Shown here: positions 14,300 through 28,599 of the stretch, piece by piece
How positions within the stretch are numbered: position 1 is the stretch's first letter
Layout: the number at the start of each line of letters is the position of its first letter
DNA from: Octopus bimaculoides
Lineage: Eukaryota
Direction of reading: 5' to 3'
DNA: 64,000 bases
NCBI RefSeq assembly: GCF_001194135.2
Contig: NC_069001.1
Span: 39,666,541-39,730,540 of the forward strand
Notes under the pieces: model-generated
What the model saw: the letters and a program-made list of their open reading frames with translations, nothing else
What the model was told of the DNA's origin: nothing
The model's database searches: none
Translations under genes and position numbers: made by a program

Positions 14300-15400
14300 G
14301 TCAATGCTGTCCCAGATTGAATGTATTGATCAGAGGTACCACAATGTTGAAGCAGACATCACAACTTCTGTTGATGTCTGGTCATTCACTGATGAGTCAT
14401 CTTCGCCCCCCCCCCATACATCTTACTCATTCTTTAACATCTTCCTGTGGTGCACCCCCCCTTATGTTGCCCTTTCCTTTGATGTCTCCTATGTTGGTTC
14501 ACATAACCTGAGCTTGACCGACTGCTTCTGGCATTGATTGGTCAGTTTTAATCTTCAACCCTAGTAACCCCATACCCCCATACAGTGGCTTGTTCTGTTT
14601 GGTGTTAAATAATACTGCGTACACCATTTTGATTTGGCAACCATCTTGAGACTTCTGCAGGGTAGGCTTCAGGTAGAGGACTTAGCAGTGACACAAAAGA
14701 AACTGAGTTAGATATGTTGGAGGGTGTTTGAGTTCAAGACATTGGCTTTGCCTTTGAAGGAATCTAACTTCATTATTATGGTGTCTTGTTGACATCAGCC
14801 ATGAAGCCAAGCTTAGTTATTTGAAGTCATTCACTTCTCACAGGGTCAGTGTACTACTTGTTATTATTATTATTATTATTATTAGAGATGGATTGTCTGT
14901 GAGGGTGCCATATGTTTGCAGAGCCTTTGTTTTTTTATGATCTTGGTTTTCATGACATTTAATCAAAAACCAACCTTGGCCCCACTCTGCTCAATAGTTC
15001 CTGTGCCACATACAATAAGGCACCAGATTAATGTTACCTGCAGAGTCCTTCAGGACCACAGCAAGGAGTCACCTGGACCTCTTAGATATACCAGTGAAGC
15101 CTATTTATTGATGATATGTCTAAATGCCTAGTCCAGAGCAGTAATAAACTATCCCTGCCAAGATGTCAAACTTTTCACTGCTGCTGTTCAGTATTGCCAC
15201 TTTGGCTCTTGTTCATGAAGCATGTTGGGTGAGATTTTAAATATTTCCATCACCCACTTCCTCTGTCTCTTTATCGAATCAAACACAGTTCTGATATCAA
15301 TAAAGCACCCACATCTGCAATCCCTTTCTGCTTTTTCGTCTGTGATGTTTCTCTTCAGGTCATCATTTGGTTTTAAAGGGTCGACTGCTATACCTAAACA
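14300..15400 (-). mobile_element. Highly degraded RTE-type LINE fragment
   Basis: CFIDIRTVFDSI (RT FxDxxKAFDS-like) and EKFDILAGIV near 15130-15300. The downstream 14300-14700 block resembles an RTE 3' region. Boundaries approximate. Confidence 0.55.
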
Positions 15401-15749
15401 CAGACACTCATCCAGCCCACATAACATTATACGCATGTGTGTGTGTACACGCTCTCATCTCTGTTACATGTGGTAGTCGTATATGAGTGTATATATTACA
15501 TGTATGTACACCCATGTACATATATATATATATATATATATATACATAAAATGTATGTTTATCAAAATATAAATCTTTAGTTCTATATCTATTGAGTTCT
15601 TTCTCAGTTGAAGTTTTTGTTTCAACATCTCCAAAGATGTTAAAAACCAAAATATACTGGAAAGCCCCACACTGTTTCTCTCTACACTTAAAATTGTTTA
15701 AACAATAGGTTGTTCCAATATAGTTGTATATTTCTGTGTGTGTGTGTGT

Positions 15750-15812
<63 letters not shown>

Positions 15813-16270
15813 AGATCTTAGCCAGTCTTGAAAATCCCTAAATATTTTGTAAATGAGAAAGAAGCTGGAAAACTAGATAAATTTATCCAGTCTCTTTTGT
15901 AAAGTGACTGGAGAGAGAGAAAGGGTCTCCAGCCAGAGAGACCATGCAGAAAAGATGGAAAGAGGAATTTAACAGAGAGTATAAGAAGTATACTCTCTGC
16001 ATGTAAAATATTAAATTTTAATACCCAGAGATGTACTGAAGAAACAAATCTCTATGTGTGTATATATTTCTACACTAGCTACTATTAACTGTATAAATAT
16101 AATCAAGATTATCTGCGTGTTAAACAGATCGGGGTGAATACAATGACATACTTAGAACAAACAGTTGGCCACTGTAACAAAGTCAATAAGTTTTAAGCTG
16201 CTTACGGGAGTTCTAATTATATTCTCTTTAATTAGAAAATATATTGATGCATTTCCTTTTGCTGTGTTTA

Positions 16271-16314
<44 letters not shown>

Positions 16315-17788
16315 TTGTTTGTGAGTGTATATGTATTGGTGCCTGCTGTAAAACACTTGTCTATAAACACTTTGATGTTGTACCAAGACACTCTACTAAG
16401 TGTACCCAAACACTTGACATGATGTATAAACAAAACATCAACCATTAGAATGCTGTTATTTGTTATTTACTCATAAATCTGTTTAATTTATCTGGCTAGC
16501 ACATATCCTTGACATGACCTGCTGCTGGCCTTTCTCGGCAACAATATTAGCCCTTTACAAAGCTCAGAGGTGACCTCCAATAAGGCCCTGACCCCCACAC
16601 TTGAGACACTAAGCTATTACATCTGTAGATGCCTTAAACTACATCCAGAGAAAGATCGCTTAATTTCATTTGTCAATCTGTTGTCAATAATCTATCTAAT
16701 ATACTGGGGACAATTTAATAAACTGCTACTTCTGTTACCTAAACTCTTTTAGGCCATAGACTGAGAATCTTAGAAGAATCTTCTTAATATTGCTTGTGCT
16801 TTAAGGGAGGCTTAAGTGGAAATCACCTCAATGGCCACAATATTCCTGTGAGTAGCAGTGACCCCCACCAACTATTATTATAATGGGGTTCTGACCCCCT
16901 AACATCCTTAATATTTCTGTGAGATGTCGTAACTCTTTAATCTCCTAATATACATAGCAGTGTACTTCTGTATCGCTCGTCTAAGTCAGTTGCTATCGTA
17001 TCGAACATCAGCAGTAATTAACTGTTATGGTAGTTTCACTATGTCTGAATTCCATGGAAATATTGACAAATTGTTTAAGTTAACTGAGCTCTGGTAGTTT
17101 CACTATGGATTTTGTGGCAATGGTTAACTGGAGACTGAATAGAAGTATACAAAAGTCTGTCCCTGTAGAAATTGTGTAAATATTTTTATAAATGTGTTTG
17201 TGTGTGTTTATGTATGTATGTAGTTATATATATTTGCTTGTATATTTTAATATTTATAAAAAGATAAACATGATCAAGTATTTTATCTCATTAAACCTTT
17301 GCTGCAACATCTATGTGGGGTACATGGCTTTGCATTTAGGGCATCGTAGTCCCAATTGCAAGATTATAGTTTCAATTCCTGGTCAGTCCCTCTGAGGCCT
17401 TTTACACTTGAGACAGTAATGTCCAGTTGACTTACTACTATAACACCTGTAGATTTTTCCCAGGTACCCACGAGTTATTATTTATAAAGAGGCTCCAACC
17501 CTCCATTTAATTTAAAAGGAAAATACAATTATTTTGAAGACACGACATAGGAAATAATTAAAAACTAGTTTGTAATTAATAAATTTAAATGTCATAATGA
17601 TGGAATGGCATCATAGAAATTCTGAAATTGTTAGAATGTGATGTGACATGTCTGTCATGGTATACCTAGGTCAACAGACAAGGAAATGTCAATCAATTTG
17701 TGTTCACATCAACCATATTGCATGACTTACAGTGTGTGTCTGTGTGTGTATATATACACACGTATACATACAATATATATACATAATG

Positions 17789-17847
<59 letters not shown>

Positions 17848-18427
17848 CAATCTGCAGATATTTCAAATTGGTGTAGAAACTAATGATGACTGTAACGTGT
17901 AGAAATAAAACAAAGAAGATTTACGCAGAGAAAGAAACGGTGTAAGTGGGTGGAATGGAGTCAGTGTTGCTATATTTTTTTTTGCTTGAAGTAATTGTAA
18001 AATGTGTTGTTGTTGTTGCGATTGTGGTGCTATTTGAAGACTTGTGCTGCCACTAGATCAATAACTGCATGGCGGCCACTTGTGGAGCTTATCTAGGTTG
18101 AATATATTCTGATATTCCACTAGCACTCAATACTAAACATCAACTTAATATATGAACGGATTGATAGAGATTTACAACTTATTTCTAACCCCCCCTCCCT
18201 CTCTCTCTCTCTCTCTCTCTTTCTGTATAAATGCACACACACACATTCTACATATATATTCAATCATGTACATATATATTCTTCTAAACTCATTACTTCC
18301 ATGCAAATACACACATATCTATATATGTATGTACATAGGTTTGTATATATGTGTATAAATATATGTATGTATACATACATATACATGAATATATGTATGT
18401 ATCTCTCTCTCTCTCTCTCTCTCTTGC

Positions 18428-18487
<60 letters not shown>

Positions 18488-18891
18488 CCATAAAATGTCA
18501 GGAGGTACGAGAAGTGAATATATTTATTTAGACACTTGTCATCCTTAGGGTTACGGCTGTTTCGCAGCTTTCATCATGTGATAATAATTTCAGTGTAAAA
18601 TAAATTATGTTTCCATGTCTGAGTTAATATGAATACTACGCATTATACAATACAGTTGTATATTTACAAATCAGTGCAGATAAAGAAAACTAACTTGTCA
18701 GATCACTAGAACATCATGGTTACGCCAATGCTTCAACTCTATGTGGTCTGCTAGGCAGGTCTGATAGAGAAGCCTTACACGATAGCCACATGATTCTATG
18801 AATTCATACATTACACTACAAACTTATATATATATAAATGTCTGTGTATATATGTGTGTGTATATATAATACACACATACATACATATGCA

Positions 18892-18922
<31 letters not shown>

Positions 18923-19124
18923 ACTGGTGTCACAAAAAAGAACCCAGTACACACTGTAAAGTGGTTAGCATTAGAAAGGTTATTCAGCCATAGAAACCAT
19001 TCCAAAGCAGACATTGGATCATGATGTAATTCTCCAGTCCATATACCAACATAGAAGACAGACATTAAAAGCTGCTGTTGCTTATGATGATGATGATGAT
19101 GGTGATATGTGTGTGTCTGCATTT

Positions 19125-19161
<37 letters not shown>

Positions 19162-19504
19162 ATATTCATTCATAATTTATCTCTCTGTATCACAAGTCCT
19201 CCCTAAAACTGATCTAACACTCTTCTCTGAAAGGGTCAACTGTTTTATCCAACTACATATGATATTTGTGGCCTGGGGTGGGAGCAAGGGTGGTTGTGTT
19301 GTTAAGAAGTTTACTTTGTAGTCAAGTACATTTGGGTTTGATTGCACTGAATGACACCTTTAGCAAGTGTTCTCTAGCATTTGGGGTGACTAGTCCCTTA
19401 GGGTGTCATTTGCTAAATGGAACCTGAACCTGTGTCAAAGCCTTTCTCTCTCTACATTGCTGGCAAGAAAGGTAGTTTCTCTCAGAATGAAAGGAAGTTT
19501 ATAG

Positions 19505-19900
19505 AATGCTACATGGTAGTGCGACATGGGCTTTGAATGTAGGGGACATGAGGAGAGAGGAAAGAAATGGAGAGGGCATGTTTTGTTGGATGTGCGGTTT
19601 GAGTGTGTGCATGAACGTGCTGTGAGAAAAGTTGAGTATAAGAGGAATCAGATGTCGTGTGCAAGGAAGGAAGACTGCACTGATATGGACATGTGGTGCA
19701 TGTGGATGAGTGCAGCTGTATAGAAGAGACATGCCAATCACTAAACATGGGTGGAGCTTGGGAACAAGAAGACCACTGCATGGCACCTTGGTCAAGGGTC
19801 ATTTAGTGGCTTGGCTAGGCTTGGCTTGGCTCAGGCCTTGTAAGTGAAAGTGGAAACCCTTCAAGGTGGTGCCTCAGCATGGCCTCTGCTTCTCAATGCT
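19505..19900 (+). mobile_element. RTE-type LINE 3' fragment
   Basis: WALNVGDMRR..RN...MFCWMC..., then GIRCRVQGRKTALIWTC-like decay of the GIR..VQERRLRWYGHV motif. A related copy lies at about 53230-53440. Confidence 0.6.
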
Positions 19901-20764
19901 GACTGACCTCTGAAAACCTCCACCCTGGTACTTCTGCCTCACTGGCTTTCATCTGTCATATTGTGTCCTGCTCCTTAGGGCTCACACTAACCACAACATC
20001 CAGCCCTTCTTCCTCCCCACGATGTCTAGAATTCTTTTTCTGCAGTTATTAAACCAAAATGCTAACCAATATTAGTGTCACTGGTCTTGGAGGTTCTGTG
20101 ATGGCCGGAGGCTCAGATCCAGTCTCTTCTCACCCAATCACAGTAAATCACACTTCATGATGATGTTGAACTCTTCATCAAGAGTTTAATTACAGCCATT
20201 AATTACAATGCTGATAATGATAATGATGGTAAAATTTAATTATAGTAACACTACTAACTTTAAATACATTAATTATGTTAGTGTTAATGATGGCCAAATA
20301 TAATTACATTAATTAAAGCGTCCCAATGATAATGGAATATAAATACATTAATTATAAGGTCATTGTTGATTGAATTAATTATAGTGTCACTGTTAATGAT
20401 GGTGAAATATAATTACTACCCTGGGGTACATCATGGATGTAGACATACAGTTAAGATGGTCACTTGACATCTAGTCTCAGGTGCAATCCCACTGTGTGGC
20501 ACCATGTCAAGTGTCTCCTACAATAGCTGTGGATTGACTTGAAACCTTGAGTGGTATTTGCTGAATGGAAGTTGTATGGTAACCTTCCAGGGAGAGTCAT
20601 TCTGTTCTTGGGTGATAAAGTTAATCTTTTACATGGTTTAATGCTTCCACCAGGCCCTTGTGTAGTTTTAGCAGAGTCCACTCTGGCCAGAGGGGAACTT
20701 TCTCCCATTCATCTTGTAGACCTTGGGAAGGGTCATAAATGTTGACCTTCATCTTCTTCATCAC

Positions 20765-21070
20765 CATTTAATGTCTGCCTTCCTTGCTGGCATGGGTGGG
20801 ACGGTTTGACAAGAGCAGGCCAGGCAGAAGCCTACACCAGTCTTCTGTAACTGTTTTGGCAGGATTTTTACAGCTGGATGCCCTTCCTAACCCCAACCAC
20901 TCAGCAGAGTAGACTTAGTACTTTTTACATGACACAAGCACAGGCAAGGTCAGTTTTGGCAAGGTTTTTACAGCCAGATGCCCTTCCGAACACCGACCAC
21001 TTTACAGTGTGGACTTGGTGCTTTTTAAGTGGCCCCTGCACTGACAGGGTCACCAAGTGACTTGCAGGAC
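20765..21070 (+). mobile_element. Interspersed repeat family starting CATCATCATTTAACGTCC..TTCCATGCTGGCATGGGT (probable reversed retroposon tail), with an internal ~45-nt duplication
   Basis: Related starts at about 6507, 29878 and 41243. GGCA.G.TTTTTACAGC..GATGCCCTTCC.AAC.CC.ACCAC occurs twice here. Confidence 0.6.
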
Positions 21071-23490
21071 AAAAGGAAAAAAAAACTCTTTTGAGAGGGG
21101 AGGGGGCATTGGAGGAGGTGTTCTTGTATTGGATGATGGAAAGGTTATAGTGAGGCAGAGAGACAGAAACAGGTGTGCTGCTGCAAAGGAAATATGTGGT
21201 TACCCAAACTGAGGGAAGTGCAGAAAAAGGAGGAGAGAGAGTGGGGGACAGCAGGATGGAGATGGTGGCAAAGTGCCAGGCATAGACACAATGGATGAGG
21301 ATCAGAATATAAATGGGAAGAGAGAGATATAGATGGTGGTAAGTGCCAGGGCATACCCTTGAGGTTCGAACTCCATAATATAAGTGGCAGGATATTGTGA
21401 CGGAAGCATGATTAAAGAGCAATGATACAGGGCACAGGGCCAAGAGGACTGGATTGGGGAGTGGGAGGAAAGCCTGGTGCATGAAGTGGAAATGTGAGGA
21501 AGGGAAGAGATGCATTAGAAAATTACTATTTGTAAATCTCACAATGAGAGTTATTCAGCAACAATACCTTACTTGAGACAGGTAACAAGGGTTAGCATGA
21601 GGAAAAGCATTTGGCTGTAAAACAATCCCTGAAAACCATGTTTGTGTCACCCATGCCAACATGTGTTAAACAAATGGACATAAAAATCAAGGAATAAATG
21701 AATATGAACTTCTGAAATAATTAGTTGCATCATAAAGATATGATCAATAATGTGTCTACCTTAGACTTCAAATCTTTTTCACCTACAACCATTCTCGTTC
21801 TTTTTCATTAAGATATTTTAAAGGTTAAAAACTCTTCCATAATTGTTAGGAAAAAAAAAAAAAGCTGAAGACTCCTTTGTATCCAAAAGGACTTTAGTCT
21901 TTTTTCTATCATCCACTTACTGTCACCTTGACAATAATCCATGTATTAAAATTAAAAATGTAAGCTGATCCCTTGTCTTCTGACAGCTACAGTCTTGTTC
22001 AGATTGGAAAGAGATTAAATAAGATAATGCTAGGAAAAGTTAATGGTTATTTGTGGACAGATTCCAAGAACAAAACATTCATGTTAAGTAGGATTAGTTA
22101 ACTGACGACTATGATGATTTGTCTTAATTTCATTGACTTTGAAATTGGTTTTGAGGAAGATGTAGATTTTTGTACACATTTGCTTACATCATTGACTGAT
22201 AATCAGAATGAGGGATAATTTCAAATCTGCATTTCTATTAGTATAGTTAGTATCCTCATAATTAACATGGGAAAGAAATAATTGATCAAATTAATTATTT
22301 AACATTATGTTGTGAGAAGAAGAAAGCATTAGTTCAGTGACTCTCATTTATTCTGGTCTTTGCTAGGATGGGAGATAACTGTAAACATGTTTTAGTCTTT
22401 TTAACCCTCCTCAGTGCAGCCTTTTCATTTTTTTTTTTATCTATTTGGTCATCAGAAAGGAGCCATGCCTATGGCCACCACTGACTAGTATGACTGGATC
22501 AAAGATAGGAGAGCTTCCCTCATCTACATGGACACCTGAGACACTTAGTAAAACCTTAGTTTTTAGTTGTTCTGACTGTTGAATGATGGCTGTGGTTTTT
22601 CTTGCATTCTTCACTTGAAATTAAGGTTCTTCCAGTTTCTTTTTTAGATAGGTATCTGCTGATGTCTTTGTTGTATAAGCAGCAGTAGTAGTAGTAGTAG
22701 TAGTAGTAGGTATTATAGTAATTACTTGATTGTATTTTTTTGAAATGACCTACCAGTGAAATTGTTTGTGACTGGACTGAAATATAAATCCTTTCCTTGT
22801 ATAGTTGAAGATTACCATTTGCAGGCATTGGTTGAACTGTTCAATAGAATCCGATGAGTCCAAGTATTGCTCCAGTGTCTGCTTTGGTAAGGCCTCTACA
22901 ACTGAATGCCCTTCTTAATGCCAACTGCCTTACAGCATAGACTGGATACTTTTTTCATGCCACCAGTATTAGTGAGGGCACCACCCAGCTTGTAAGACCT
23001 GCAGCTGATGATATGTGCATCTCTGATCACAAGCATCATGGAAGAATTCTTTCGGGTTTGGATAATTCACCTTTGGAAACATCAGTGTTTCATTCAAAAT
23101 CCTTAAACAACCCTAATTCAGAGACCTTTTGACTGGGAAAAGCTACTTGACCTGAAGAAAATTCTAACTGGGCCCCACCTGCAAGGTCATGCACTGTTAA
23201 TCTTGATATGAGCTCACTATGTTGCACACACATGGTTGAGATGCATGTGCCTGGTGTACCCTTATCAGACGGGTAGTCATGATGGGTATACTGGGCTTCA
23301 TATATTTGTACCCCAGTGTCACTTTGATGGCATGCACTGCTCTCTCATTCAATAATAATAATAATAATGATAATAATAGATCTATATTGATATAATAATA
23401 TAATTATATAACAATATGAATCTCTGACATGATAATGAGTGTCATAGAATGAGTTGGCCAAGCATTATGGTTATTAGACAACAGAATCAC

Positions 23491-23580
23491 AGACATTCCT
23501 CGTTAGTATATATTTTGTCCAGACATTCCTCGTTAGTATATACTTTGTCCATATATTACTTGTTAGTATATATATTTCAC
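23491..23580. repeat. 30-nt tandem repeat, about 3 copies (AGACATTCCTCGTTAGTATATAyTTTGTCC)
   Basis: Two near-identical copies plus one decayed copy. Confidence 0.85.
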
Positions 23581-23998
23581 TTGATTCTAATTTCTGCAAT
23601 GTTAATTATATTTAACACTGGAGCTACTAACAACTTCCTCTATTAAATGTCTGCTACAATCTATTTTACCATTTTGGCATTTGATTCCTCAGAGATCTAA
23701 CACTTAATAATTCACTACAGACACACACAGCTCTTAATTCTTTTGCCAAATTAGATAATTCTGTGCTTTGTTGCAGATGCTGGAATGGCTTTGTGGTTAG
23801 GAAGCTTGTTCTACAACCATGTAGTACGAGGTTCAATTCCACTGCACAGCTCATAGGGCAAGTGTCTTCTACCATGTCTTTGAGTTATCCAATATCTTGC
23901 AAGTGGAAATGGGTTGGCAGAAAAATGTGCTGAGGCTCATCACTCACACACATGTGCATATATGTATATATGCATATTTATATATATTTATGTGTGTG

Positions 23999-24051
<53 letters not shown>

Positions 24052-25929
24052 CTCTAGCCATTCAGGAATGTATATATTTATACGTACATTTATAAAATAT
24101 GTGTGGATGGTCCTCCATCAGTTTCTATGATGACTTTTCAGTTATTCATTCTACTGAATTCTATTCTCATTGAATAATATCTGTAAGTGGCTGAGTACTC
24201 CACACACCTATGTACACTCAACATAACTCCCAAGCAGAATCACCATGATACCCGTACGTAACAAGGCCGAACCTTTTCAATTCCAGACACCATCCATCCG
24301 ACCGGTTTCTCTTCAATTTCCATCTCTCCAGTGTTACTCACAAGACATGGGGTCAGCCTCAGTTAAAAGGTGCCATACTGTGGGACTGAACCTGGAATCT
24401 CATGGTTGTAAAGTAAACTTCTTGACCATTCAGTCATACTGCAGCTGGTTTTGTGGGTAGGGGGTTGGGCTGTTGATCAGTGGGGTGGGGTTTGTGTTTG
24501 GGATTTGGTAGTGTGTTGTATCCTTGAGCAAGGCATTTTATTTCCCATTGCTCCAGTCTCCTCAACTGTAAATGAGGACCAACCAAGTGGTGCTGGTGCA
24601 ACCCTTTCTTCCTCCAATTATCGACCACATTGTTGATATTCTGCTGGTTGAAGGAATGACTGGGCTGACGGGTGTGTCTGCCTGACACCACAGAGATTTT
24701 CAAGACACAGTGAGAACATGAGATGTGCTGTGAGATCATACTCGCTGGTGAAAGAAGGCTGCAGTACATAGACTGACATACATACACATACTTAGAAATA
24801 TGTGTATATACACGTATATATATATATATATATATATATATACGCTCACATATAGCATAGCTTGGGTATTATTAATGCTGTTTCTAGCTACCCTATTAAT
24901 AAAGGATGTCAGATGTAATAAAGTCACAAAGTCACCCACAATAAATGTTTATTTGTTAAAAATTAATGATTTATGACAAACTGCTGCAGGTTTCAACCCA
25001 TTGACCTCATTGAACAAATGTAATAAAAGGACTGAGTTGCAGAATAAGTAAATAAATAGGTTCTGAGGAAATGTAGAAGGTTTGGGATGTGTTGGAGGAG
25101 AGAATCGCACAGGGGTTGAACATTTCATTAAGGAGGAGTTTTCTGTTGCTAGTTTTACTTTAATTACATTTTATTTGATTTACATGTATGTGGGTGATGA
25201 GACAGACAGACAGACAGACAGAGTTAAATAACAATATAAAAGTGAAAGAGAAGAGAAAGAGTGAATGAGGAGAAAGTTTCTAAGGCAAACGTTTTCCATT
25301 TGATAGCTGCTTATTACAGAGGATTATATTTGAGATGGTGAGGTGTTGAAAGCTAGAAGAGAGAGAGCTTTAGTTGTAATATATCTTGGTGTGAATGTGA
25401 TGTTTAAAAAAGATTAAAATAAAGAGATCAGTGGGTTGATGGTAAAACCTAAGATCATACTAAGAAGAAAGTGAATGCATAAGAGGTTTGGGATGAGTTT
25501 ATTAGGAAAAGGTCACTGTTTTTTTTATTATGGAATAAAACAGAACAATTCTAATAAATCTATGAATAATATTTACCTTAAACTTATACAAGATCAATAA
25601 ACTGGCAGGTTGAATTAAATATATGATTGATTGGTTAAACTTTTAAAGAAGGCACTGCCCCCAAGATAACTGCAGTCCAGTAGCAGCATGAATCTATTAG
25701 AAGTTTGACCAATTATCAGGGTCAGTTGTGGATGTAGAAGAGCATCTGAAATACATTTGTACAATATTGAGCCAGGGATGTGGGAATTATACGAACGGAA
25801 ATCTGATATTTGTTGATGAGAATATTTTAACATTTTCTCTATTCTGATCATCATCTTTCTAAACCTGATAGAAATTAGTCTTTTTTTGTGGTTGGAGAGG
25901 AAATGTCAGCTATGTTAGCCTGACAAGCA

Positions 25930-25972
<43 letters not shown>

Positions 25973-25982
25973 NNNNNNNNNN

Positions 25983-26024
<42 letters not shown>

Positions 26025-27475
26025 TGTATACATACATATCTACAGATGTGTACATGCACACACATGCATGCAGACACACAAACCTCTCTCTCACTCTCTT
26101 TCTCTCCTTCCACTTATTCCATCAATTATTACAAGGGAGCCTGTACATGGTCATTTGACCTGGTGAAAATAGCAGTCAAATCTCCTTCAAATTACACCTG
26201 TTGTCATTTAAAAAATAAAGTATATATTGTCTAATGCAGTCTTAGACATGGACATGCTTGGAATGTCGTTTCTCATAAATCTGTGTGATCAAGATCAGAG
26301 CTGACCCGGGGCTAAACACCATACCAATAAGGGAGCCTCTAGGTAGTAACTCCACTTGCAAGTAATAGTAATTAAATCTCTCTCTAATCACATCCTGTGT
26401 CTCTAGGTTTTTAAGAAATGGCAAAGTATATAAGGTATAAAGTAGTCAGGAAGACCCCTAAACAATGTGATGGGTATGGCTGTAATACTTTTGATCGTAA
26501 GGTTTACTGAACCAGGGTTGAACTAGGGTTAAAGTTGAAATCTTCGTTTCAACGAAGCAGTTTGACTTCCTCTTATACAAGACATACTCAGTGATAATTA
26601 TTAATTAAAATCAGATATTAATTAAGGCTTTGACTTCTTATTAATCCCCAATAATAAAATACATTTAAATTCAAACTTCTGGCTGATAAAAGAAATACAG
26701 GGGATTTGTTTCCCCTCTTCTTCAGTCCATTCTAATAGGAATTTGACATGAAAAGAAAGTCAGATTCTTGCCATGTTCTTCGAAGTCAAGAGCTTCTTTC
26801 TTTTCTTTTTCTGAGTATGGTTGTGGGGTTAAGAAGTCTACCCCTATATACTTGAGGTTTTTGTCCCAACTTTTATAGCCTTGAGGCCAATGAAAGTCTT
26901 TTAAGTAAAAGTCATCACCTGACTTCATGCAACCAATGGGTATTTAGGTACTTTTCGCAGCAGAATTGATTCTGTCGTTGTCTGAGATAGCTTCCTTCCT
27001 ACCAGTCTCAGGAATTTTGCAGATGCTGGGAGGGTGGCACTTCATCTTTTAAAGTATGAAAACAAAGAATCTGCTAACTTGGAGGTTAAGTTAACCTTTA
27101 GATTAACATTGCAATCGGCAAATCCAGAAAAGCTTCGTTATAAATCTGGTTTGCTGAAAAATATCAACATTTTCTCCTTCATTTATTGAAGTGATATTTA
27201 CTGTTTGTCTCATTTGTAGTTGTGAAGATGAATTAAATAAACACAATCTGAAATTTCATTAAGAATTATGTGCAACATTCTTAATTATGATATTAATTAA
27301 TGCACAAGTATATTTAATGATTTAGCTTCACCAGCAGAAGTCTGCTTGAGAAGTGTGTTCAGTAACTTCAAAATCTATTTGACTAAATCCCAAATCTACA
27401 TCAAGTGATTTTCAAACGATTAGAATGATCTTATTAAGTCTGCCTCTTCTCTCAATACCTGATAATGTATGTGGC

Positions 27476-27507
<32 letters not shown>

Positions 27508-28264
27508 TATACATTATTGTAGCAGATACTTAAGTCTTCCTTGCCATACGTACTACTATATATTCATGTACACACATCACTTGATATGGAATTGTTTATT
27601 CCTGATGCTTTCAATATTAGTTATAACAACAAAAAAAGGTTCAATACTGTAATTAGGGGTTAAATATTAAGGTTTAACACGCTTTCTCTTTCCAAGCAAA
27701 TAGCTTTACAGGCATTTGTTGAAGTTGACTGTAGCAGCCATATCAGTATTTACCATCAAAGTGTTGCGACTGCAATATTTGTAAAGTACTGCTAATATAC
27801 AGCTAAGATGCCAGTAGAGGTGCACTACTAACATGTGTTTACACTGGTGCTCTTTGATACTGTGTGCATATATCAACGCTCTGTCACCTGGCAACCATTG
27901 ATCGACAACCTAGTTCACTGGTTTGCAATACCAAGCTACTGTCTGTCAACCAGATGTTGCTCTGTACCTCAACCCCCCCCCCCCACACACACACACACAC
28001 ACTTCACCCTGTCCCATTATTTATATATGATATTGCTTTTATTACATACTCTCATACACAACACATTTATTTTCTTGTCATCTCCATTCGTTATCTAGCA
28101 CTAATTATATTACAGACTTTCATTCTCTTTCATTTCTCCTTTCTATATTATAGGATGGGCAACATATTTGATTAGGTTTGATTTTTTTTTTCAAAATTCT
28201 ATAATATTGAACACATTGATTACGACTAACATCATTGTCATAGATGTCAATTATTAACGCTAGA

Positions 28265-28506
28265 TATACCTTGTATAAGAGGGAGCTCTGGTAGCCCTGT
28301 TTATGAAGCAGTGGTAACTCTGTATTACAGGGTACAGACTATATATAAGAAGGATCTAGGGTGACAGCCCTGTATAGGGAGTTGTTATAGTCTATGTAAG
28401 AGGGAGCAAGAGTAGCCCTGTATTTTTAAGTACAGGCAAAAAGAGAGCTAGGGGAACCCTGTATGACTAGATATAGTCTATGTAAAAGGGAGCTATGCTG
28501 TCCCTG
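28265..28506. repeat. Diverged minisatellite (unit approximately TATAGTCTATGTAAGAGGGAGCTAGGGTAGCCCTGTA)
   Basis: Recurrent GGGAGCT...AGCCCTGTA and TAGTCTATGTAA motifs. Confidence 0.6.
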
Positions 28507-28599
28507 CAAATTGCAGAACTTAAAAGAATGTAATTGATCTGGGATATTTGCAGCGTATTTTGGATTGTTTTATCTTGGTTTTATGTCTCACTAGAATGG

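Noticed and set aside
23491-23580. Regularly spaced 30-nt repeats resembling a CRISPR array
   Set aside because: Head-to-tail tandem copies with no unique spacers, in a eukaryotic intron.
24518-24527. GTATCCTTGA, a U12-like donor in intron 1
   Set aside because: No upstream exon or acceptor; embedded in a SINE-like head (TATCCTTGAGCAAG).
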